This document shows positions 1 through 10,190 of a stretch of 64,000 nucleotides of DNA, piece after piece. A program made the position numbers and the translations under genes. Location of the stretch: positions 39,680,001 through 39,744,000 of the forward strand of contig NC_043015.1 in NCBI RefSeq assembly GCF_006345805.1, in the 5' to 3' direction. Position 1 is the stretch's first letter; every line of letters begins with the position of its first letter. Under the pieces are notes generated by a model, which did not search any database, was not told the origin of the DNA, and saw only the letters and a program-made list of their open reading frames with translations. The stretch comes from Octopus sinensis. Taxonomy: Eukaryota.

Positions 1-47
1 CAGAATGTCATTAGTCGGTCGCAAACATCGCATTAAACATTTATGTT

Positions 48-53
48 TTTATT
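48..53 (-). terminator. Candidate polyadenylation signal (AATAAA) of the minus-strand gene
   Basis: TTTATT on + at 48-53, about 105 nt past the TGA at 160-158 of the candidate terminal exon. Confidence 0.35.
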
Positions 54-157
54 CAGCCGATTTCATCAAACAAGGTGAATGTTCTAGAAATTTTCTGATA
101 AACAACTGACTGTGCCTATCAATTGAACCCATACCGGTTCGTTGGTTATCTCGGCAT

Positions 158-310
158 TCAAGCAGATTCCTTGATGTCACTTCTCCTTGCCTTGTCCAAG
201 CTAGACTTAGCTCCTAGCAACGCTGCTTCTCTGCTGCCTCGGCTCTCTGGCTTTTTAATGACGACACCAATTATTCTGGCTGACTTGCAGTAAAGTGTAA
301 GGGTCAACTG
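158..310 (-). CDS. Terminal exon, proximal-acceptor isoform: QLTLTLYCKSARIIGVVIKKPESRGSREAALLGAKSSLDKARRSDIKESA*
   Basis: Branch-like TCTAAC (354-349), pyrimidine tract and CTCACAG acceptor (AG at 312-311). Phase 0, 51 codons to TGA, joins in frame to exon 1319-1278. Confidence 0.5.
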   Translation of the reverse strand, partial: QLTLTLYCKSARIIGVVIKKPESRGSREAALLGAKSSLDKARRSDIKESA

Positions 311-410
311 CTGTGAGAAGATCAGCGGAATGGTAAATAGGAGATTCTGTTAGACTTATCTCCTCCATCAGTTCCACTTTCTCAGAATCTGCATGGAATG
401 TGTCCTTGGT
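255..410 (-). CDS. Terminal exon, distal-acceptor isoform: TKDTFHADSEKVELMEEISLTESPIYHSADLLTAVDPYTLLQVSQNNWCRH*
   Basis: Long T-rich tract (rc of about 430-480) then TTATAG acceptor. Phase 0 is the only long open frame (52 codons to TAA) and is in frame with exon 1319-1278. Confidence 0.5.
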   Translation of the reverse strand, partial: TKDTFHADSEKVELMEEISLTESPIYHSADLLTAVDPYTLLQVSQNNWCRH

Positions 411-1277
411 CTATAATTAGGTCTTCACACAGAAACAAGAAAAAAAATGCAGAAAAAAAAAACAAAATGACAAAATAACATCAACAAACTTAATTGATTA
501 GCAACTGATATATACATGGGGTTTGTATGTTTGTTTATTTGCATGTGTGTGTATATGTATTTGCTATGTGTATTTGTGTGTGTGTATTATGTTGTGTGCG
601 TGTGTATATCTTGTCTATTTATTTCCATGAAATGTCATTTCCCAGATGCATTTCTTTCTTCGACAACTCCATCATTCCTTTTTTATCGATTCGTTTCTCC
701 GCATCACTATTCTCCCCATTCCTCTCTAACGCTTCACCGCATGTGTTGACAGCACATGTGGATGATACATGGCGATAAATGGCAACTGTACATTATAATA
801 CATGTTGATGATATATGTTTATACGACACTTTGACAAAACATCACATGTTGATGGCACGTTAATACCACATGCAGCCGACATGTTGATAAATGTCGATGA
901 CATATTGAGTACAAACATTTGCCACATGTTTCAATGACACGTCACCAATCCACATTTACTACATTCGCTGCTATTGTCATGCGTTAATGACACATGATGA
1001 ACCCAAAGATTCTATTTCCAAATTCTCTTCTTCTCTCTTTGACTTATTTATATGTCTTTACCAAAAGTACACTCCTTCAAGGAACTTCAGTTTTTTCCTT
1101 TTCTTTTTTTTCTAAATGGTAAACTCTGCTCTCTTCTTCCAGCACCGAAACAGGACCCACACTTGGTTTCAAATTTAACCGAGAAAGAAAAAAAATAAAA
1201 TTAGAAATTAGAAGCAAAAAAAAAGAAAGAAACCAAGGGGATATCGGAATTGGGTGTTGGTTGTTCTTGCTGCTTAC

Positions 1278-1319
1278 TTTAGCAATTTCTGAGACGGTCT
1301 GTCTGAGAACAGAGTTCCT
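1278..1319 (-). CDS. 42-nt internal exon: RNSVLRQTVSEIAK
   Basis: Polypyrimidine tract ending TCAAG| and donor AAA|GTAAGC. Phase 0-0 and open. Confidence 0.6.
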
Positions 1320-1572
1320 CTTGATTTATCATAAAATGGGGGGAAATAGAAAAACAGAAAAATTGTGTCTTTAGATAGTTATAACAATAGGGGTGATGGT
1401 GGTGGTTGTGGTGGTGGTGAAACTGCTACCATTTTGTTTGTCAATATCAAAAACAATGTTGGTGGTGCTTTCATTTACTTTGCTTTCTACCAATTCTGTA
1501 GATTGTCTGGTCTGAATGACAGGGGAACGTATCCAGGTCACCATCAACATCCCTTTTTCCATGCTAGCATGG

Positions 1573-1900
1573 TACTAAGCCTAGTACTTATTCTATCGGT
1601 TCCTTTTGCCGAACCGCTAAGTTACAGGGACCTAAACACACCAGCATTGGTTGTCAAGCGATGTTGGGGGGGGGGTACAAACACAGACACACAAACATAT
1701 ACATACACATTCATACATATATATATATATACATGTATACGACGGGCTTCTTTCAGTTTCCGTCTACCAAATCCACTCACAAGGCTTTGGTTGGCCCGAG
1801 GCTATAGTAGAAGACACTTGCCCAAGGTGCCACGCAGTGGGACTGAACCCAGAACCATGTGGCTCATAAGCAAGCTACTTGCCACACAACCACGCCTACG
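1573..1900 (-). mobile_element. SINE-A: tRNA-derived head, CORE-like GGCACCTTGGGCAAGTG box, internal (TA)/(TG) microsatellite
   Basis: At least 12 recognisable copies in the window share head, box and tail. tRNA-derived octopus SINEs (OK, OR1, OR2) are known, but I cannot assign the exact name without a library search. Confidence 0.85.
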
Positions 1901-2353
1901 TTAAACTATTAAGATGATGATGATGATGAATCTCTGGTAACTTATTCTGGACAATTAAGTGAACTGAATCTGAAAAAATAAGATCTAAGTACCTACAGTA
2001 CCATTAGTGGATTTGAACTCACAACTAACCTACCTGTGGCCCATTCCATTATTCTCTCAGTCATTTATGACATTATTTCATTTACATCATAACTTCTGTT
2101 TTTGATAAAAGCAATCTGTTTGATATTTGGAATAGGTGTGGTTCTTGTTAAAGTTGTATGTTTACCACAGATCTTGTGGTCAGGAATTGTACACATTTAT
2201 ACCACAAACAATCTTATATGTTTGGTCAATGTCCTGTCTGTGGCTATCCCTTATTTATTGAGGGATGTGATGCCTTAAGATTTAGAGCTTTTAGAAATAA
2301 AGTCTCTAATTTAATGACTATTCAGTTTTTGCTGATGGAAGTTTGGAGGTTTC

Positions 2354-2643
2354 GGTAAATTTTTTGAGTAACACCTGCACGATTTTCACTAAGAAAAAAA
2401 AACACAGATTTTTTTGTGTGGAATTGAGTACCCTGACCTCCTAATATGCTGCAAATCCCTTATTTTGCTTCAGAAAAAGGGAGAAGGGACGACGGGGGTT
2501 CCCCCCATCCTTTTCCGAACAAAGATAAGGGATTTGCAGCATTAATATGCTGCAAAGGTTAGGGTACTTGATGCCACACAAAAAAAAATCTGAGTTTTTT
2601 TTTCTTAGTGAAAATCTTGTGGGTGTTACTCAAAATATTTACC
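2354..2643. mobile_element. Fold-back element/MITE with about 110-bp terminal inverted repeats
   Basis: GGTAAATTTTTTGAGTAACACC...GCTGCAAATCCCTT (2354-~2462) pairs with the reverse complement of ~2528-2643. No clean TSD seen. Confidence 0.7.
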
Positions 2644-3094
2644 ATGCTTTCTCCTTCATTAACGCCCTTCCTCCTGGTTCCCTAAACAACATCTTTACCG
2701 ACAAAATTGAATCCTGTCCAGTTGTTGGTAGGTGTTAGGATGTATTTAGGATGGACCTTACCTCCACATTTTACTAATGTACTGCTTGGTGGACTGTGCT
2801 AATTGCAGGAAATATACAGTGCATCACTGATAAAGTGACAGAAATAAACATGTTTGACTAATTAAACCGACATCTTAACGAGTGGGTTAATTATGCTTGT
2901 GAACTCCATTTCCACAATAGTCCCAGTGTTTAGTATTTTTGGCTTTACATAATTTGCGCATTTAGCAAACAAACTCTAGAATTTCCTAAAACATTGGCTC
3001 TTCATAAAGAATCTCTATTATGGCATTTGTCTCTCTATTTATATTTTATTGACAGACATGGTCGTCAAAATAGTTCAAGTCTGTAATAACCAAT

Positions 3095-3410
3095 GATAGC
3101 TCTCTCTCTAATACTCTCCTCCTTTGTCTCTCTGTCTCTATCTAATACTCTCTCTCTCTATCTAATACTCTCTCTAATACACTCTCCCCTCTCTCTAATA
3201 TGCTCTTTCCACTGTCTCATACTTTCTGTCTGTCTCCGGTAACAACCTCCTCTCTCTTTGTCCATGGTAGCTCTCCCCCCTCTTTCTCCATCTCTGATAA
3301 CTTCTCTCTCCTCTCTCTCCTCCCCTTGCGACTCTCCCTCTCTTGTTACTGTTCCTTTCTTTCTATACATTGAATCTCTCCTTAAATCTTTTGTCATTCT
3401 CTCCCCACCT
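3095..3410. repeat. (CT)-rich low-complexity tract
   Basis: Degenerate CT/TCTC repeats seen directly. Confidence 0.85.
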
Positions 3411-3545
3411 CTATGTCCTCAAGAAATCTAAAGGGTCTTCTTGAGCCTATGTTCAACCTCTAACCCCTTTAAAACATGCTGGGTTCAGTTTATCACTGGC
3501 AGTGGCTTTGGCGAGGGTGGCTTTGTGTCACTCAGCTGTCCTTAC

Positions 3546-3599
3546 AACCTTAGAATGTGTCAACATATCAGACATATCCATATCCTCAAGGTAACGCGT
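3546..3599 (-). CDS. 54-nt internal exon: TRYLEDMDMSDMLTHSKV
   Basis: Acceptor CTTCTCAAGTTCCCTTTTCAG| and donor GTT|GTAAGG. Phase 0-0 and open; joins the 42-nt exon in frame. Confidence 0.65.
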
Positions 3600-3917
3600 C
3601 TGAAAAGGGAACTTGAGAAGTATGGGTGAATGTTGCACGAGTGTGAGGAGGGGAAAATAATGATGGACAGCAATAAAGGCCGAGGAGGTCATGGGGAAAA
3701 ATAAGTGATCGTTAACTGTTTAATATCATTGCTTAATTATGAATTATCTGTAAGTGTATTGGTTCATTATAATGGTTGTCTCTAATATCATTGGTTAATT
3801 ATAAAAAGCATCTGTAATGCCAAAGATGTTGGGTCAGATTTCAGAAGCATCTAAACTATATATTGTCCTATTCCTCATCATCATCATCATAGTTTTTAGG
3901 TCTACTTTTCCATGCTG

Positions 3918-4777
3918 ATGTGAAGGTGCCTGACTCAGTGGTTAGTGTGTTGGGTTCACAATCATGAGGTTGTCAGTTCAATTCCCAGACCAAGCAGTAT
4001 ATTGTATTCTTGAGCAAGCCACTTTATTTCACGTTGCTCCAGTTCACTCAGCTGAAGAAATTAGTTGCGACGTCTCTGGTGCCAAACTGCAACAGCCATT
4101 GCTTTACCCTTGGATAACATTGGTGGTGGTGTTGTGGGGGGAGGCTGGTATGCATAGGCAATTGGTCTTCCATAAAGAACCTTGTCCAGACTTGTGCCTT
4201 GAAGGGGAACTTTCTAGTTGCTACATCCTGAGTTCAAATTCCGCCCAGGTCGACTTTTCCTTTCATCCTTTCGGGGTCAATAAATTAAGTACCAGTTATG
4301 CACCGGGGTTGATCTAATAGACTTAATCCCTTTGTCTGTCCTTGTTTGTCCACCACTCTAAAGTCTAAAACCACAAACATTGCATAAATTTTCACTGAAT
4401 TTTCACATAAACTGGTGTTGCAAACGGAGTTGGTACAAAAATAATTGTAATGAATCATTAAAGATGAGTTACACACAGCGAGTGGCAGAAATGTTAGCAT
4501 GCCAGGTGAAATGCCTAGCAGTATTTTGTCTGTCTTTATGTTCTGAGTTCAAATTCCGCTAAGGTCGACTTTGCCTTTCATCCTTTCGGGGGTCGATAAA
4601 TTAAGTACCAGTTATGGACTGGGGTTGATGTAATCGACTTAATCCCTTTGTCTGTCCTTGTTTGTCCCCTTTATGTTTAGCTCCTTGTGGGCAATAAAGA
4701 AATAAGAAGGGGAACTTTCTAGTTGCATCCCATGTTCATTCATGACTGAAGGGGGTCTTTACCATTTTTTTTTACCC
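3918..4777 (+). mobile_element. SINE-D (tRNA head plus TTGAGCAAG-type box), interrupted by a SINE-B composite
   Basis: Same family at 23236-23577 and 46530-46860. Flanked by an 11-bp direct repeat TTTCCATGCTG (3907-3917, 4778-4788). Confidence 0.75.
4222..4706 (+). mobile_element. SINE-B composite insertion: truncated B, ~120 bp unique DNA, full B
   Basis: 21-bp direct repeat GAAGGGGAACTTTCTAGTTGC at 4201-4221 and 4707-4727. Confidence 0.8.
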
Positions 4778-5211
4778 TTTCCATGCTGGCAAGGGTAAAA
4801 AAAAATTCATTGAAGCAGATTTTCTGCAGCCAGATGTCCTTCCTGTTGTCAGCCTTTATTTGTTTCCTATTTCCAAGCAAGGTAATATTTCCCATGGTTC
4901 CATGAAATCATGGACAGTTCAATGGCTGTACATGATTTCATGGCAGCTTGAAAATGACCCATACAACTTATGTGATGATGGCGTTTGTCGACAATTACCA
5001 CATCATGTGTCAAGATGTGAATACAGAGAGACACACACATACATGTACTGGTGCCATGTAAAAGGCACCCTGTAAAGGGGTTGGCATTAGGAAGGGCATC
5101 CAGCCATAGGAACCATACCAAAACAAACAATTGGTGCCTGGTGTGCCTCTCCAACCTTGCCAGCTCCTATCAAATCATCCAATCCATGCCAGCAGGCAAA
5201 ACAGATATTAA

Positions 5212-5433
5212 CCCTTTCGTTACTGGATTTCTGCTGAGATGCTCTGTGTTTCTTTCAATTAATTTTAAATATAACAAAGAATTTTGTAAAATAACTTAGT
5301 TACCATTAAGCTAGTGTTAGGAACATAAATTGTGACTAAGGTTTGGTGGAAGATTTTAATTCAAAACTTATGAAAACAAGACATTTGTACTACAGAGCCA
5401 GAAGTAGTTTCAGCCGGGTTGGTAACAAAAGGG
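5212..5433. mobile_element. 222-bp piggyBac-type MITE, copy 1
   Basis: TTAA|CCCTTTCGTTAC...GTAACAAAAGGG|TTAA. It sits in the TTAA of an RTE-tail copy, and the (GAT)n tail resumes after it. Confidence 0.85.
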
Positions 5434-6415
5434 TTAAATGATGATGATGATTTATACATATATATATAAACGTCCGACCATTGAAGTTTTTTTCCAGGCA
5501 AATATATTTGCAAAGATTTTATTTGGAAATTTCTATAACTTTTCTCAAAAATATCTATAAATGACACTGGTCTCTGATCAGCGTGACTAAAGATTCTAAT
5601 AAAGAATCAAAGAACGGTGAATGAGATAAAAATCAGCAACTCAACAGCTACACACACACACACATACAGAGAGAGAGAGAGAGAGAGAGTTCCCTATTGA
5701 ACAGTCTTCACAATAAATGGTATCTCTCTTATCTGGTTTTTATCTTGATTCTAAATAGAATATCTAAATCTTCTATTTTGTTACTGAAATAAAAACCCAA
5801 TAAAAATCTGTTTAATGCTGAATTGTTAAATTTCCTGTTTTCTCCAAGATATTCTGAAAATGTCTCTGAGCTGTTATCTCCACAAAATGTTGTTGATATT
5901 CCTTACAGTATTCTTGTTCAGTTATTTACATTATATTTTAGGTTTGGTGCTAGTTTCATGTCTTTTGTTATTATTATTATATTTCACATGTATTCCATTT
6001 ATGAATCTCAACCATTTCTTGGGGTTTGTTTTTTCCATTGTGACAATATGGTTATCTTGTTTGACTTTTATCAGCAAAGCATCAGCAGAAAGGACTGTGG
6101 CAGGAATTCTCAACTAAATGTTACACCATATTTAATTTCAACTTCTCTTGATATAAAGTTTAGATATCACTGGAGCCAGCTTAGCCTTTCTTTAAAATAA
6201 ATACCAGTAATACAATGCGGTTGATGGAATAGACAAACCTTTTGCCTTGTAACCTTTGTGTCTAGAGTTTAGTGATTATACATACCAGGGATGGTCATCT
6301 CTGGTTTCAAAACAGTAAAGACTTCTTGTCGTCAGCATCGGCGTCAGTGATGGTGTTGTTGCTGTTATCACTAACTCAGTATTATATAATTAGAAGCTGC
6401 CACAATTATTCTTAC

Positions 6416-6466
6416 TTCGTTGTTTTTAAACGTCTCTTTTGATTTTTCGGAAATTCCTCTCATCAT
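6416..6466 (-). CDS. 51-nt internal exon: MMRGISEKSKETFKNNE
   Basis: Acceptor ATACTGCAG| (weak pyrimidine tract) and donor GAA|GTAAGA. Phase 0-0 and open; joins the 54-nt exon in frame. Confidence 0.5.
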
Positions 6467-6549
6467 CTGCAGTATTGATTACTGATAACCATTATAATTC
6501 ATCAGTGATATTACAAATAATTATCATAATTAACCATGATAATTAACCA

Positions 6550-7192
6550 GAGGCAATGACGAAAGATTGAGACCTCTGGAGATATGCTGTGACTGCGACG
6601 ACCTGACAAATAATGTGAGTTCATGGCTGTTTCCTGCACCAGCTTCACATAGAAGCCCCAGTCCTTCCAAAGTGCCCTGGATTGCAGGACGGCCTGCTGT
6701 ACTTACCTTGGATCGTAAGGTGAGCTGCTGTGCTTGAGGAGACCTATTGAGTCAAGTACATCACCATCAAAAAAATCAAATGGAAATTGTAGTTGTGATA
6801 CCAGTGCCAGTGGCACGTAAAATGCATCATCTGTACGTGGCAGATGCCAGCGCTGCCTTGACTGGCTTCCGTGCTGGTGGCACGTAAAAAGCACCATCCG
6901 TACATGGCTGATGCCAGCGCCGCCTTGACTGGCTTCCGTGCTGGTGGCACGTAAAAAGCACCACCCGATTGTGGCCGATGCCAGCCTCCCCTGGCCCCTG
7001 TGCCAGTGGCACGTAAAAAGCACCCACTACACTCATGGAGTGGTTGGCGTTAGGAAGGGCATCCAACTATAGAAACACTGCCAGATCAGACTGGAGCCTG
7101 GTGCAGCCTCCTGGCTTCCCAGACCCCTGTCGAACTGTCCAACCCATGCTAGCATGGAAAACGGACGTTAAACGATGATGATGATGATGATG
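6550..7192 (+). mobile_element. RTE-clade LINE 3' end (family C) with 67-bp internal tandem units and (GAT)n tail
   Basis: 5' end translates EAMTKD*DLWRYAV, resembling the RTE ORF2 C-terminus. Shared 3' region and (GAT)n tail occur in about 10 copies in the window. Confidence 0.8.
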
Positions 7193-7696
7193 AACCAATG
7201 GTATTACAGATAATTACCATCATTTTAAGCAGCCTCATTGCAGATACCTAGTATAACTGGAATGTTATTATAATCAACCAGTGACATTACAGATAACTTT
7301 TATAACTATATTATGTCATATTAACAATGTTCCCCGGAGTGGGGCGGTGAGCAGCGCGGATTCTATCACCAGAAATCTATTTAATAAGAAAATAACATTC
7401 AAGTAAATAATACCTTTTCTGTTATGAGAGAAAGTTCATGTCAGACATATATATATATCTGTGGTGATATGTGATCGTTCTTCGTGACACTATTTCAGTT
7501 TTACCCCCAAACTCTTTTTTCTTTTTTTTGCTCTATAATAGAACGATGTCATTTAATTAGGGGTGGTTTTATCACTTAATATTCCTCACGCTGCACATAG
7601 ACAGATCTATAAAAATATGGAGAAATAGTAGAATTTTTTTTTTTTTTTTTTTGGTAAGTCATGGATGAGAGCTGAAATGGTAATTCTGTATGGCAC

Positions 7697-7792
7697 CATT
7701 TCCAAGTAACTTTTATTGATTCCTGTTGTACAAGAATAGTTTGTGTAGTCTCTGCAGCAGTCTTCCTTGGTTTGTAGCTCGAGGCATTCCTC
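7697..7792 (-). CDS. Probable internal exon, frame ambiguous: EECLELQTKEDCCRDYTNYSCTTGINKSYLEM (to 7697) or (R)RNASSYKPRKTAAETTQTILVQQESIK (to 7711)
   Basis: Strong acceptor GTTTGTTCGTGTTTTAATTTCAG|. Both frames are open but both donors are weak (ATG|GTGCCA, AAA|GTTACT). Either joins exon 6466-6416 in phase 0. Confidence 0.4.
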
Positions 7793-8002
7793 CTGAAATT
7801 AAAACACGAACAAACCAACTCGTGTATTTATATAGCCTTATTCTATCGTATAGGTTGCACGGCTGATAGATGTGTGTTTAATATATTTATATTTGCTTGC
7901 AGAACTTTTCCAGAACTTTTTACCATATTTTGGGAAGGCAGTGAAATTACAAACTCACTGAGAAGCTATCATTTCATTGATTATTTTGTGTGTATTTGTG
8001 TG

Positions 8003-8008
8003 TGTATG

Positions 8009-8041
<33 letters not shown>

Positions 8042-9328
8042 ATGTGTATATGTATGTGTATGTGTATATGTATGTGTATATGTATGTATATATGTATATG
8101 TATGTATATATGTATATGTATGTATATATGTATATGTATGTGTATATGTATATGTATGTGTATATGTATGTATATATGTATATGTATGTGTATATGTATG
8201 TATATGTATGTATATATGTATGTGTATATGTATATGCATATGTATGTATATATATATATATATACGTATATGCGCACATTGAACATTCCCGACCAGAAGT
8301 TTTGCTCACACTGTAAGCATTGCTAGCTATTTGTTGATGACTTTAAGCCTGACTAAAGCTGGACCAATCATATGTCTGGATTTTGCATCTATCAAGAAGG
8401 ATGTTCACAAACTATTGATTACATGCTGGTTTAATTGAATTAATTTTGTTGTTTCGACTGAGTTGTTGCTGATGAAAGATCAATCTCTACAAAAGAAGTC
8501 AATAAAACACACACACACACACACTTTGGTAGCTGTGATTTCTCATTCCTTTTATTGCTAAACTGTCTGGGCTTAGAAAATGGCCGGTTCCTGAACTTAA
8601 TCAGGCAAACAATGGATCTTGGCAAAAATCCATTGTTTAGTCATTTCAATGGATTAAAATAAAGCTATTAAGTATATATATATATATATTATATATATAT
8701 ATATGTATGTGTATGTGTATATGTATGTGTATGTGTATATGTATGTGTATATGTATGTATATATGTATATGTATGTATATATATATATATATGTATGTGT
8801 ATATGTATATGTATGTGTATATGTATGTATATATGTATATGTATGTATATATGTATGTATATGTATGTATATATGTATGTGTATATGTATATGCATATGT
8901 ATGTATATATATATATATACGTATATGCGCACATTGAACATTCCCGACCAGAAGTTTTGCTCACACTGTAAGCATTGCTAGCTATTTGTTGATGACTTTA
9001 AGCCTGACTAAAGCTGGACCAATCATATGTCTGGATTTTGCATCTATCAAGAAGGATGTTCACAAACTATTGATTACATGCTGGTTTAATTGAATTAATT
9101 TTGTTGTTTCGACTGAGTTGTTGCTGATGAAAGATCAATCTCTACAAAAGAAGTCAATAAAACACACACACACACACACTTTGGTAGCTGTGATTTCTCA
9201 TTCCTTTTATTGCTAAACTGTCTGGGCTTAGAAAATGGCCGGTTCCTGAACTTAAATCAGGCAAACAATGGATCTTGGCAAAAATCCATTGTTTAGTCAT
9301 TTCAATGGATTAAAATAAAGCTATTAAG

Positions 9329-9340
<12 letters not shown>
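8003..9340. repeat. Tandem duplication of a ~655-bp unit: (TATG/TATATG)n plus 408 bp of unique sequence
   Basis: 8265-8672 and 8920-9328 look identical except one A insertion (CTTAATC vs CTTAAATC). Units are bounded by (TA)n. Confidence 0.9.
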
Positions 9341-9367
<27 letters not shown>

Positions 9368-9496
9368 ATATATATTAAAGTTTGTTTAACATCAAAAGAT
9401 TCATAACGGAATGGTTGAAGAAATATTTAGAAAGTCAATATTATTAGAGCAAGGTTAGCGTGTGGTTGCGTCAAATATAAAAGTGTCTTGTGTTAT

Positions 9497-9531
9497 GCTC
9501 TAGAACGTTCTAGAATGTTCTGGAATGATCC
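9497..9531. promoter_or_regulatory. Heat-shock-element-like array of five perfect alternating nGAAn pentamers
   Basis: aGAAc gTTCt aGAAt gTTCt gGAAt at 9502-9526, plus a one-mismatch pentamer on each side. Function not shown. Confidence 0.45.
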
Positions 9532-9964
9532 GAGTTTGAAGCTTTTTAGGTCGACTTGGTTTTTTTCTCATCTTTCCAGCATTGATAGAATATAAACCAA
9601 AGTCGTTACTTGACTCACCATTACTAATTGGATCTTTGTCAGTTATGACAATGAACGGTCCAGTTGATCCAATCAGTGGAACAGCCTGCTTGTGAAATTA
9701 ACGTGCAAGTGGCTGAGCACTCCAGACATCATCATCATCATCATCATTTAAGGTCTGTTTTCCATGCTGGCATGGGTTGGGCGCTTTGACTGAAAACTGG
9801 CAAGCCAGGTTCTGATCTGATTTCGCAAGGCTGGATGCTCTTCCTAAAGCCAAACACTCCAAGGGTGTAGTGGGTGTTTTTTATGTGCCATTGACCTGAC
9901 ACCGGCATCAGCCTTGACCACGGTCTCACTTGGTTTCACAGGTCTACACAAGCACAGTATATCC

Positions 9965-10175
9965 TTTTCTATTCTAGGCACAAGGCCTGAAATTTTGGGG
10001 GAGGGGACCAGTCAATTAGATCGACCCCAGTACGCAACTGGTACTTAATTTATTGATCCTGAAAGGAAGAAAGGCAAAGTTGACCTTGGCAGAATTTGAA
10101 CTCAGAATGTAAAGACAGACGAAATACCACTAAGCATTTCGCCCAGCATGCAAACAATTCTGCCAGTTTGCTGCC
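9965..10175 (-). mobile_element. SINE-B (tRNA-derived)
   Basis: Head GCTGGCAGAA..GTTAGCA and B-box-like GAGTTCAAATTC; at least 14 copies or fragments in the window. Confidence 0.85.
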
Positions 10176-10190
10176 ATGACCACCACCAAC

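Noticed and set aside
2762-2826. Minus-strand segment with a good acceptor and GAG|GTAAGG donor
   Set aside because: Stops in all three frames; at most a non-coding or poison exon.
6285-6372. Minus-strand donor CTG|GTATGT with open frame VITATTPSLTPMLTTRSLYCFETRDDHP
   Set aside because: No acceptable acceptor, and phase-2 joining to the next exon creates TGA.
1278-7792. Resemblance of the joined minus peptide to the SK-channel calmodulin-binding region (TVSEIAKT vs TLVDLAKT) or a RasGEF start (EIAKQLTL)
   Set aside because: Only a few residues match, the invariant SK residues are absent, and the frame ends too soon for a RasGEF domain. An HMM search would be needed, so no symbol was assigned.
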